This document shows, in pieces, positions 39,901 through 48,514 of a stretch of 64,000 nt of DNA (positions are counted from its first letter, which is position 1; every line of letters starts with the position of its first letter). Position numbers and translations under genes: made by a program. This DNA is from Lingula anatina (Eukaryota > Animalia > Brachiopoda), in NCBI GenBank assembly GCA_051362555.1, contig CM120648.1, forward strand, positions 18,844,587-18,908,586. Reading direction: 5' to 3'. The notes below the pieces were generated by a model. It was given only the letters and a program-made list of their open reading frames with translations. It ran no database searches and was not told where the DNA came from.

Positions 39901-42604
39901 AGATCAAAAGTAAGCAAAAACAACGAACCTGGAACGTGTTAAGGTACAAACAATGCTGCCAGTCCTGCTGAAGATCTCATCCTTTTATCAAATGTCTCAA
40001 ATCTCCCACCCAGTTGCAGACCCCACCTACAAAATTGTTCTCAACTTCAATAAATCATTCCCAACTAAAGCTGGAACTTCAAGGTTATGATCTTCATAAG
40101 GTTATTTTTCTCATCAATGTTATTTCTATGTGTTTCCACCTAAATTGCACCACAACTCCCAGCATTCACGCACCTCACAGTCATTTATCAGTACTTACTC
40201 CTCCTGAAGCCATTTTGGACTACATTGAATCAGGTTATCCTTTGGGTAGATTGCTGGCACAATTTAGTCTCCTTCTTACAGATTTCAAATATTCAATGTT
40301 ACATGTTGTCCCTAAATCTGATCTTCACAAAACTCATGTAATTTACGATCTTTTTTTTTTTAATCCCAACCTGGTCTCGGTTGATTCTAACATTCCAAGA
40401 GAGTTCTCTGTGGCACAGTACGACTTCATTGATGCTGTTATCGCACATGTCCAACATTTTGTTCGTGGTGCTCTTTTAGGTATATCTTATATTCAAGATG
40501 TTTTCCACATTTTACCGATTATCAACTGCGTCCATCCCTTAAAGGCCCAGTGGGTCACCTGTGACCCACACATTTGACACGTCCCCACCCACACCACACA
40601 AAATGAATCCACTTCATTTTGCCATTTCCTTTTCCTTATGTACTAGTTTATCCTTGTTGACCAATTAGAAACTAGATCATTATCCTTCACTTCACTCAAA
40701 TATGTCTGCCTCCATAAGAAGGAGTTAATGCTATTGCCTAGTGGGTTTTTATGTGTCTGTATTGTCATCTCAAGGTAAATAATAATTTCAATATTCTGCC
40801 TTTTCATTATAAATACAATAGTCTTAAACCACACAGAGATGTTTTATACAGTTGTTAGCTACGCTTCCAGGTTTAAATTTATTTTTTATGTTGTTATTGT
40901 AATAAAAAGAGGTTTGTGATATCTTGAAACTTAGTCATTTGTTTACCTCTAAAGCCCAGTGGGTCACCGGTGGAACATAACCAAAAACTAGGTCAATGTT
41001 GCCCAAAACATTTTTTTCAACATTTATTGATAAATATGCTTATTACAATCCTATTACCTAGGTATTAAACTTTTCATGCAAGAAAAACATGTCTTGGGCC
41101 TTTAAGGGTTTTTCCTGGAATGATCTGTTTTATTATGAGAAATGTTTGCCAATAGGTGCAAGTTGTTCGTGCCAGATTTTTTAATCTATGAATAAAGCTA
41201 TGCAATGGATTATGTTGGAGAGATTTCATTATTCGGCCATGTCCCGTATACTAGATGATATCTGTTTCATTGGACCTCAAAATTCCAAGAAGTGTCAGGT
41301 TGATTTTTTTTGTGTTATGCACATGGATAAACGTTTCCATTAACGCAGTAAAAACCTTTACTCTGACCACTTGTTTAACGTAAACAACCTTTACTCTGAC
41401 CACTTTTGTTTATTTTATCTCATCGAAATAGATTCAATACAAATGAAACCTTGGATAGGCTTTTAGGGTTTAATCTGAAATAAAATTTCAGGCATTGGTC
41501 AAACGTGTCTAATTTGGTTCAGTTTTGTTGTGGGATATGGTTGATTGGGCGAGTAATGACCCACCCACTTATTGTCCATGTGGTTCAAGTATGGTGATTT
41601 TAATGACCAAGGTAACTACTTACTCCCTTGTTTCATTAAGTTATCTGCTATTCCAGGTTCTCTGTTCGAACCAGTAATCTCATTGTGCAACCTTAATTTA
41701 CTCCTAATGTGCCCCCTAGTCATGCGATTCCCAGATTATAACTTACTTTGATGTGTTTAGGATCTTATTATTTTTTTACTATTAAAAATGATAATTTTCA
41801 GTCATATGCACTTTACCTCATTTGCCTTTGAGCAAAAACAGAGCTGTGTTGTGCTAATGATCATTTGGCTACATAAAACAGCAATTTAGATAATTGTGTT
41901 TATGTAGGGAATGTCTACATCAGTGAGATTTAAGTCATCCAGCTTTTTAGCTGCTTGATATTTACCCGCATTGTTACGTAGTGCAGTTTAAGCAGCTACA
42001 CTGGAAGATTACTTGCTTCGTTATTTCATTTTTATTTGGACACATTCCACGTTCCCCCATCACCCGCCTTAGTCCTTGTGTTTTTCTCTATTTTTTTCTT
42101 TTTTTTTTACTAACCAGAGTCTCTATTTCTGCGCCAATAACTATTGTGGTTTCATATATATTTTATTCTGAATTTATCTTGGTTGCACCCATTAAACTAT
42201 ATTATTATTATTTATATTATAACATTTATATAGCATGGGGTGTATGATAATCCCCCATTTTTGTAAGTTTATATCTCATTATTCTTCGTCATTAATAAAT
42301 GACAGTTTTCAGTCATATGGACTTTATGCTATGTACCTTTGAGCAAAAAGCTTAGCTTTGTTGTGTTGGTGTGATTATTTGGCTACATGAATAGAATATT
42401 TCATCCACAGAGGTGTCTCTTGGCTGTAAGATATATGAAATAATATTCAAATAAATCTGAACTGAAAAAAATTAATTAATTCTATAAAACGCAATATTTT
42501 GAAGAAACATGTTGTTGTAAAGAACAATTTTCTTGCTGCTGTCATATCACCTGGTAATTGTTTGTGTTCTAGGTGAAGAAGAGTCAGTCCAAGACCAAAA
42601 CTAA
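5872..42604 (+). CDS. Multi-exon gene model: NHL-repeat / Roc GTPase / COR / caspase (peptidase C14) fusion protein, ~1270 aa
   Basis: Exons 5872-6814, 16362-16592, 17042-17197, 17412-17462, 23418-23450, 24294-24539, 24925-25049, 27146-28316, 28991-29037, 29360-29530, 37532-37751, 38014-38184, 39395-39504, 39741-39843, 42573-42604 (or read-through of the 39741 exon to TAA at 39888-39890). All have AG acceptors and GT donors (one GC), phases are compatible and there are no internal stops. Exon sum is 3810 nt. Confidence 0.8.
10439..11250. repeat. ~160-bp tandem repeat, ~5 copies
   Basis: TAAACACGATAAGTGAAAA...GTTCGAAAATCAGCATGAT...GCAACACCG recurs at ~10439, 10600, 10761, 10921, 11082. Confidence 0.9.
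11784..13020. repeat. ~337-bp tandem repeat, ~3.5 copies, alternating variants
   Basis: GGCATTT..A...GACTT anchors at 11784, 12121, 12459, 12796. Confidence 0.8.
13943..14178 (+). mobile_element. Short HINE/DINE-like element
   Basis: 5' CTCTGCCAAGG / 3' CCTTGACAGAGG subterminal inverted repeat, GTTTGTCTGT tract, 3' hairpin GCACT..AGTGC and CTAG end. Absent from the paralogous region at 17570-18930. Confidence 0.6.
15030..15950 (+). mobile_element. Diverged partial copy of the HINE family at 19513-22966
   Basis: GTACCACCAGC head, CTCTTGGATTTAGGTCAC, and a TGACCTTGAAATTGACCTTTGACC unit. Confidence 0.7.
16362..16592 (+). CDS. Exon 2: Roc GTPase P-loop (G1) and switch I
   Basis: RVAIVGPYGVGKT..L...EY..EDANTTGVNI. 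Acceptor ccag at 16358-61, donor AG|GTAAGC. Phase 1-1. Confidence 0.88.
17042..17197 (+). CDS. Exon 3: acidic insert within Roc
   Basis: ttctcag|AT GAT CCA... gives DDPKDQFAQNMAIGVQNSDTFCEPDLTVLDQTPLEESPPDSEENINNMLTNR, donor G|GTATTG. 156 nt, phase 1-1. Confidence 0.7.
17412..17462 (+). CDS. Exon 4: 51-nt microexon (AASPDDSESPASPDKAA)
   Basis: Polypyrimidine tract and ctacag acceptor, strong donor CAG|GTAAGT, phase 1-1. Confidence 0.7.
19513..22966 (+). mobile_element. Helentron/HINE-type element with 146-bp central satellite (copy A)
   Basis: Subterminal IR TTGTACCACCAGC...GCTGGTGGTACAA, 5' hairpin CCAGCGTTAGCGCTGG, (CCGCCGGCT)n tract, 3' hairpin GAGGCGGTATCGCCTC, CTAG end before TT. 146-bp units from 20524. 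Confidence 0.85.
23418..23450 (+). CDS. Exon 5: 33-nt microexon (AAPPASPDRAA), duplicate of exon 4
   Basis: Same acceptor and donor context as 17412-17462 with an in-frame 18-nt deletion. Phase 1-1. Confidence 0.6.
24294..24539 (+). CDS. Exon 6: Roc G3/switch II
   Basis: [32 protein letters not shown], the Roc signature of LRRK/MFHAS1/Dictyostelium Roco type. cag acceptor, G|GTATTG donor. Confidence 0.93.
24925..25049 (+). CDS. Exon 7: Roc G4
   Basis: EFIMFWLNSIH...PYVLIIGTHKD. tttttcag acceptor, CAG|GTGAAA donor, phase 1-0. Confidence 0.9.
25095..26813 (+). mobile_element. Same HINE family (copy B)
   Basis: Same termini as copy A, with fewer 146-bp units and an internal deletion. Confidence 0.85.
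27146..28316 (+). CDS. Exon 8: Roc G5 plus COR domain
   Basis: YFAISN, then LPVSWIKLE, YHHRQGDILHF, VIIDPLWL, LMLHFDLML, FLVPSML, FPTGLFHRLTIRLL (COR motifs). catag acceptor, G|GTAAGC donor. Confidence 0.9.
28991..29037 (+). CDS. Exon 9: COR-caspase linker ending in a GC donor
   Basis: tagcag|CC CCA GAG AAT... gives APENQDRRAAKCPENE, then GAG|GCAAGT. Converts phase 1 to phase 0, exactly as needed to join COR to the caspase exon. Confidence 0.7.
29081..29168. mobile_element. ~90-bp palindromic MITE remnant
   Basis: CAGCAAACACAGAAC ... GTTCTGTGTTTGCTG inverted repeat. Confidence 0.55.
29360..29530 (+). CDS. Exon 10: caspase large subunit N-terminal part
   Basis: YKNDSEPRGRALIINNKTF...RDGTEVDVVALRKLFRYLHYE...NLTA. 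tttcag acceptor, AAT|GTGAGT donor. Confidence 0.92.
30625..32851 (+). mobile_element. Same HINE family (copy C), nested in the foldback
   Basis: Same termini and 146-bp array as copies A and B. Confidence 0.85.
33554..37111 (-). mobile_element. DNA transposon with CACTC termini and 3-bp TAA target duplication (CMC-like termini), internally deleted
   Basis: TIR CACTCAAAGTCAATAAAACAGTGCAA / TTGCACTGTTTTATTGATTTTGAGTG with TAA on both sides. The empty site can be reconstructed from the foldback's other arm. Confidence 0.8.
34704..35621 (-). CDS. Truncated N-terminal part of a DNA-transposon protein (K/R-rich)
   Basis: 305-aa ORF with basic coiled coils and a V..FY..DDNS...PGKK motif that I associate with invertebrate transposase N-termini. 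No catalytic region follows. Lies within the 33554-37111 TIRs. Confidence 0.55.
   Translation of the reverse strand: MPLSRAEIQKNYRERKKRNERETYLAKERARQKRNYVPIGTLTERKRSKRRDEVKERVRKCRQKKNVENAAIDVPNPVESTNDTSGYETMQSDHSTGLIVRLPNRRNGPRKRLSKALRKSRDKLKSLKKENEGLKKKVKCVQRKMQRIKRKMNIPACPNTPRSNTKRLFLKSKGFGGKRVRKQLLLTNVITAEASKFKHVTTSNAKKMQLYGSFAGKLLKKYRCISHFSKSAKINRNLISNIIRKGIDTAEIRKRTAYKFRRQVTAFYVCDDNSTMQPGKKEKTKRMFKFSKRDVKLVESKFRHN
37532..37751 (+). CDS. Exon 11: caspase catalytic His/Cys
   Basis: FLLSHGTEGAVYGTDG...NCLGLSGKPKMIFIQACQG. Donor A|GTAAGT. Confidence 0.95.
38014..38184 (+). CDS. Exon 12: caspase inter-subunit linker and start of small subunit
   Basis: KILDSG...GDEVPDA...PTMSDFLEVHATSP. Phase 1-1. 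Confidence 0.88.
39395..39504 (+). CDS. Exon 13: caspase small subunit
   Basis: EYVSWRHTGKGTWFVQSIVDTFYREAHKYDVLQMLVN. tttcag acceptor, AAT|GTAAGT donor. Not in the ORF track. Confidence 0.92.
39741..39843 (+). CDS. Exon 14: caspase small-subunit C-terminus
   Basis: VNHAISQKQTTMGNKQAPEIVTSLRKKVFF (KQ.P...S.LRK..FF motif). Donor CAG|GTAAGC, or read-through to a stop at 39890. Confidence 0.9.
39950..41800 (+). mobile_element. Degenerate DIRS/Ngaro-type retrotransposon (RT relic)
   Basis: GRL..QF, VVPKSD, SVDSNIPRE...QY..ID, GALL...IQDVFHILPI, then after an insertion GFSW...YEKCLPIGAS.SCQIF, ILDDICFIG, IEIDS. Stops and frameshifts. Confidence 0.7.
40536..41108. mobile_element. MITE inserted into the DIRS-like RT (piggyBac-like CCC..GGG or Kolobok-like TTAA-AGG termini)
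   Basis: CCCTTAAAGGCCCA ... TGGGCCTTTAAGGG with an internal palindrome GTGGGTCACCTGTGACCCAC. It splits the RT reading. Confidence 0.7.
42573..42604 (+). CDS. Possible terminal exon (GEEESVQDQN*)
   Basis: tttgtgttctag acceptor, phase 1 matching the 39843 donor. Short, with no homology support. Confidence 0.35.
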
Positions 42605-42651
42605 AGACGGCTGTCAACGGTTTCATGCACAGAGATCCCGCAAACGAAGTA

Positions 42652-43911
42652 CACACACTGGACAATAGAAGTGTCACCCCCTAAATCAGAGTAATAAAAG
42701 TAGGCAGATCTTCGGTAGTATAATGTCTGGTCTACTTATAATGTGACTAATGAGTATAAAACCGCTATACCATGGAATTGTATTGTTGGTCTTGTACATG
42801 TACAGCAAATATTATTCCTGTCTTCCTCCAATATGGCAAGATACAGGCAATTACATAACGGTTATATGCGTCAAGTTTTTAACCTGAAGAGACGGAATAT
42901 AGGCAATGTCAGAATATCGATACAATTGAATTGTTCAGTCAGAATCATGCAGAGGGTCTGGTCTCGGTATGGAAACACTGGATCAAGAGACAAATTGCCT
43001 CTGATGGGTTGTCCAAGAAAAACTACTGGCCGTGAAGACCGACGACTGATTTTGATGTCCAGGTTGTCAAAGTTCGACACTGCTTGTCAGTTGACAAGAC
43101 AGTTGAACAATTTTACACATAAGAATGTGTCTGTGAAAATTATTAGGCGTCGGTTAAATTCTCAGAGAGTGTATAACAGGGTAGCAAGACAAAAAAAAAA
43201 CTCATATATCGTTACAAAACAGGCAAAGTAGAGTGAACTAGGGTCAACAGGATCTGGAACTGGACAGTCCATGGCAATTGGTCCTATATATTTTTTTCTG
43301 GTGGGTTTCGCTTTGGTCTGACCTCTGATGACAGATGGGTACGATGCTAGCGAACTGCTGGTAAAGCATTTGAAGCACATGCACTGAATTTTTGAACCCG
43401 GAGCAGCATATTTATCATGGTGTGGGGCTGCATCAGCATCCATTGCCTGGGCGAATTGGTAGTGGTTGATGGAAACATGAATCACTAGAAATATATCGAT
43501 GTTTTGGAGTCAGGCTTGCTACCATCTATTACTAACATGTTTGGTGACAGGAGTTATCCATTTGTTCACCAGGATGACAATGCTCCTTGTCACAGGCCCA
43601 GAGCAGTTGATGATTGGTTTGAACAACAGGACATTCACAGGTGATGTGGCCTGCCCAGAGACCGGATGCAAGACCGGATGCAAACATACCTGTAATTGAA
43701 AATGTGTGGAATGATATGTCAAAACTTTTGACAAATGTCCGTCTAACCAGTAGAGAATAATAGTTATATTATATAGAAGATAGTTATATTCAGTGTTTTT
43801 TTTTTTTTTTTTTTTTTGTGAAATTTGATGTTAATAAAATGATACCACAGTCATTTATCTCCCCCATAGTATTGGTGCAGTAGGGGAGACACTGCTATTG
43901 TTCAGTGTGTG
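42652..43911 (+). mobile_element. Tc1/mariner element with degenerate transposase
   Basis: ~31-bp TIRs, TA duplication, HTH ORF (GCPRKTTGREDRRL), VWGCIS, QDDNAPCH and IENVW, with frameshifts. Confidence 0.9.
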
Positions 43912-44518
43912 TACTTGCATTTTTTAGTAGATTCTATTTTAAAATGGAGATATTAGGCAGTTCTCTATGAACATTTCATTCGCCTTTGGTGTAAATACTA
44001 CAAAGGATTACGCAGTGAGAGGTCAAATGCCTGATATTAGGGACATTCTGTCCAGCTCTTAAGGAATTTTGGGGTAACATTTCATTAAACAGACTTGTAA
44101 TTATTTCTGAATATATGTCTCGCCGTCTACAGGAGACACATGCAGCACTTAGACATTAGCTTCTAAATAACGCAGTCTGATGCGGATAAAATATATGCTC
44201 TTGTTGATAATGTACATAAATTTGGTGAGAGTTGGCGGGGTCTTATCACTAAATGAATATTTTTACCTCTCCAGAAATCAATATAGAATATCAGATAAGA
44301 TGGGCATGAATAATCTAAATCTGCAATGTGGTATAAGATATGGATTTTCACACTGGTATTTTGTTTTATGTACCTTAGCCCATGTTGATTACAGTGTCTG
44401 CAATAAAAATATTAGAGACGGTTAACAGGTCTGATGCGATCATTTGTAAACGAAAGCACATGCAATTGGAGACGTGAAAACCTTTTTGATAAGTGGGTAT
44501 GTTATAATAGAAATATAA

Positions 44519-45535
44519 GGCCACACTTTTTTATTTTTATGGATGACATCCTCAGGGGACCCAAAAATCGGTGCGAGCGGGCGAAAAAAAAAAAAAGTCC
44601 AAAAAAAAAAAAAACCTGCTTAAGAAAAGTTGTGTTCAGTACACAGCTCTAAACACTAATTTACCACAGAAACGCGTATCAAACTAACAATATGTCTTTA
44701 TCCATGTTCCCAAAATATTAAAGCATTGTGAATATGGCCTGCTTCGTAGAAAGGTAAAAAGTCATGAATATACCTTCGTAGAAAGGTAAAAAGTCATGAA
44801 TATATATGTTGCATATTACCAAATCTATTTAAGGTTATTTCATGCATTCTGTTGGTATAGCAATCAATAAAACAAATATAATAAAATATAATAGCGTGTC
44901 TTTATTTGTACTCTCAGAAAATTAAAGCATTGTAAACACTTCACAGAATTGTTTAAAAAAATGAAGCAAAGATAGGCCTATGCTTCCTACTACCAAATCT
45001 AAAAAAGGTAATTTCGGTCGATGCCATTTTGTCTACTTCGACTCACACGTAGCAGCCAACTATCGGGTGGCCTGTCCGACCTTCAGTCCACCAAATACCA
45101 CGACGCTCTTGTCGACCCTTTTTTCGCTTCAAAAAAACCTGGTATGTGCTGCTTTGGACAGAATGTCACTGAAATTTCCTGGGCGATGATCGCTGGCCGC
45201 GGCCAGCCTTTCGTATAATTGTAAAAGGGTGATATCTCCATGACAATATCAATGGCAAACCAATCCAAAACGATGGCCCCGTTCTCTTTATGACTTTAAT
45301 TGTCGTGTATTTTGAAATGAATGCTAGAGATGAATTTGACGGCAAAGCTGCCATATTTCCACGTGGTGATAATACGCATGCGCAGAAAGCTCATTTTCCG
45401 CACTCGGAACTACTCGGATGTCTCCGCAGTCTACAATGACAGTATGGAGCTTGCGGAATAAGCCAAGGATTGCCGATTGCATTTTCCGGTAAATTCAATA
45501 AAGACGTTTGCGACAACCGACTTCCTTGGGGGGGG

Positions 45536-45584
<49 letters not shown>

Positions 45585-45645
45585 AGAACGGACGAAAATC
45601 GGTGCGCGCGCAGGATGTCATCCATAAAATTGAAAAAGTGTGGCC
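44519..45645. mobile_element. Non-autonomous TIR element with TAA target duplication (Zator/Harbinger-like)
   Basis: TAA-GGCCACACTTTTT..ATTTTTATGGATGACATCCT ... AGGATGTCATCCATAAAATTGAAAAAGTGTGGCC-TAA. Confidence 0.8.
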
Positions 45646-47077
45646 TAATATACGTACAAAGAAAATTATGTAATAGACTTGCATAGTTGGTTCTGATTTT
45701 TATTCGAATATTAAATGTAACAAATGTATTACAAAACATTTGTTTATTTATATAAGCTGTGAATACCTGTAGCTACGATGTTAATTCAAATGTCTGCCGG
45801 GCATTCTATTCATAGGCGTCCGATTTCCAACAACTGTGATGGCGAATCCACTGGGGCAAAGTAGGCCCTCTCCCTCATTTCTTAGCGATGAAACCACATG
45901 TGGGCATGTATTATCCTTACCCCACTCTTTCCCTAACAGACAAAACCAGTCAATATTCCAATTCATGCGCTCTGTATTACAATAAAAATGTCCTGGGCTC
46001 GGAATCTCGAAAGGATCGCTATGTTGCGCACGCGCTATAGCATGGCTAGCATGCGCTATCCCGTATCTCGAAAGCATCGCTACTTTGAGCGTCTGCGCTA
46101 TCATGGCTAGCGTGCGCTATCCCGTATCTCGAAAGCTTCGCAAATCCCGGCCGTGCGCTAATGTCCAAATCGCCATTAGTTTCGAGGCTATTATTTGCGG
46201 CCATACAAACTAGATGCAAGTGTTTTTACGCATGCGTACTTGGTCATTATATTGAAATCGTCATGGCGGCTAGTTTTGTTGTTATAAGAGAAAAATGCCA
46301 GGAAAATGCTAAAAGAAGGTGTGTGAGACATATAGATCCTATGGTAGAGTTCCAACCCCATATTTTTCATAAGAGATGCTGCATGACGCAGGAGAATGTG
46401 CTCAAACTGACCAATATTATTGAGGAACCTCTGAAAAGACCAACTACGAGGTCTTGAGCACTGTCACCCACTACCTAAGTTCTTGCTGCTTTACATGTAC
46501 TTGCTACTGGGTCAGATCACAAGGTGGTCGGCGACAGCCTTGATCTGTCACCAATGTCGGTGTCCAGAAGCCTCCATGCTGTGGTAGATTCAATTTTAAA
46601 CAGCCATGACCCAGCACTGCAGATCCAGTTTCCAACTGAAGAGGCAGATGTTAGGAGAGTGAAGAAGCAATTTTACGATGTTGCATGCTTCACTAATTTT
46701 ATCGGTGCCATCGATGGTTCTCTAATTCCAATAAAAGCTCCATCCCAAGATGAGAATTTGTTTGTGTGTCGTAAAGGCTTCCACGCTCTTAATATTCAAA
46801 CAATAGTGGATGCCAAATTGAAGTAAGTTAATTAACATTTTAAAGGCATTCAGATATTAGAAAAGCCTTTAGATCTACCCTTTGGCTGTTTCATGTTTGT
46901 TTCTATAATAAACTTATTAACTTCATTACATTATATAGGTAGTGTAATATACTGCATTATTATCCATTGTTATTTTATTACCACTTATCAAACTTATATC
47001 TTGAATTATTATTGATTTTAAATACCTCAGAGAAAATTAAATTTCAATGTACATTAGCTTAAAAATATTATTTATCT

Positions 47078-47134
<57 letters not shown>

Positions 47135-47431
47135 ATTTTTATTTTCATTATTGTTATTATTTCAGGTTTACAAATGTAGTTGCAACGCCAGTATTATGTA
47201 AAGTGCATTCGATTGTAACGAGTAAACACAGGTGTATAGTACGTAATTGCCTCTAGCAGTGACACTTGGTCATCTGCCTGATTTGCATGTAAATAAACGC
47301 CGAGTGCCTTGTCGGCACTTGAGGTATATGATTTGGACACTAAAGACGTGTTTGTTTGCTTCATGTCATGGCGTGGTGGCAGCGGTATTTTTAAAATTTC
47401 GTAACTACGTACGTCAGAGATACATTTGAAA

Positions 47432-48514
47432 ATGGCTAGTACAAATACAAGTTCACTTAGAGCACCAAAGCAATGGGTGCTTACAAAAACGGAGACAATA
47501 GGATCCTTCGAGAAGTGGAAGCAAAATCTCGAGTTTCTGCTCTCACAAGATGCAACATTTTCACACTTTTTGTCAAGTAGTGTGACATGGTTGAAGAAAA
47601 CCAAACAAAATCCTCTACGCGGATTTGTCGACGACGACGATACCATTTCTGAGAGACAACGACGCACAGCACAACAAAAGGTAACCCAATTAGAGTCTAT
47701 GCTAAATCAAATAGCCAACTTTTGTCCAGTAATTTCACGTGGATCAATTGTGAAAAGCTCTACCAGTCTGAATTCTGTTTGGCAGTCTATTCGGTTACAC
47801 TTTGGTTTTCAATCAACCGGCGCTCACTTTCTAGACTTTGCGCAAATAAAACTTGAACCCGACGAGAGGCCGGAGGATTTATATCAACGTTTAATGGCGT
47901 TTGTAGAAGACAGTTTGCTCACCGCCGATGGTGGTATTACTCATCACAACGAGGTTATGACAGACGACGAAGAAATTTCGCCTTCTTTAGAAAACTTTGT
48001 CATACTCACCTGGTTGAAGTTAATTCACAAAGATTTGCCCTTGCTAGTGAAAGAGCGATACGGAACGGAGTTACGATCTCGAACTCTCGCTTCAATCAAA
48101 CCTGAAATATCTCAAGCTTTAGATTCATTATTGGATCAATTGAATTCTCACGAGGAAATTCGTGCCATGAGAGCAATTACAAAGCAAAAACCCAAAATTT
48201 TCTCTCCCGTGAAGGAGCACGTTCCTATTTTCAACGCAAAAAAACGTTCTTGCCCGCTTTGTAAACAGGCCGGTCGACAACGCTACGATCATTTTCTCAG
48301 CACTTGCAAATTTTTACCCGAGCAAGATAAACTTTACATCACCAGGACTCACCAGGTTATGTGCAATGAAGAGTCATCCTCTGATGAGGAAATTGTTGTA
48401 GCAGACGTGTCTACCAACTCAAATTTTGAGATTCCCAGCGCAGAGGTCAACGTGTCCGCATTAGTCCTTCTCCATGCTTCGATGGTTATCACAATCAACA
48501 CCCGGTTCATTTAA
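47432..48514 (+). CDS. gag: Gag-like protein
   Basis: 360-aa ORF after the PBS with a CPLC..H....C zinc-knuckle-like motif. Confidence 0.85.
   Translation: MASTNTSSLRAPKQWVLTKTETIGSFEKWKQNLEFLLSQDATFSHFLSSSVTWLKKTKQNPLRGFVDDDDTISERQRRTAQQKVTQLESMLNQIANFCPVISRGSIVKSSTSLNSVWQSIRLHFGFQSTGAHFLDFAQIKLEPDERPEDLYQRLMAFVEDSLLTADGGITHHNEVMTDDEEISPSLENFVILTWLKLIHKDLPLLVKERYGTELRSRTLASIKPEISQALDSLLDQLNSHEEIRAMRAITKQKPKIFSPVKEHVPIFNAKKRSCPLCKQAGRQRYDHFLSTCKFLPEQDKLYITRTHQVMCNEESSSDEEIVVADVSTNSNFEIPSAEVNVSALVLLHASMVITINTRFI

Noticed and set aside
40014-40577. 187-aa ORF as a further exon of the caspase gene
   Set aside because: It matches a degenerate DIRS/Ngaro reverse transcriptase interrupted by a MITE.
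48421-48429. A AAT TTT as the programmed -1 frameshift site
   Set aside because: The -1 frame has TGA immediately after the heptamer.
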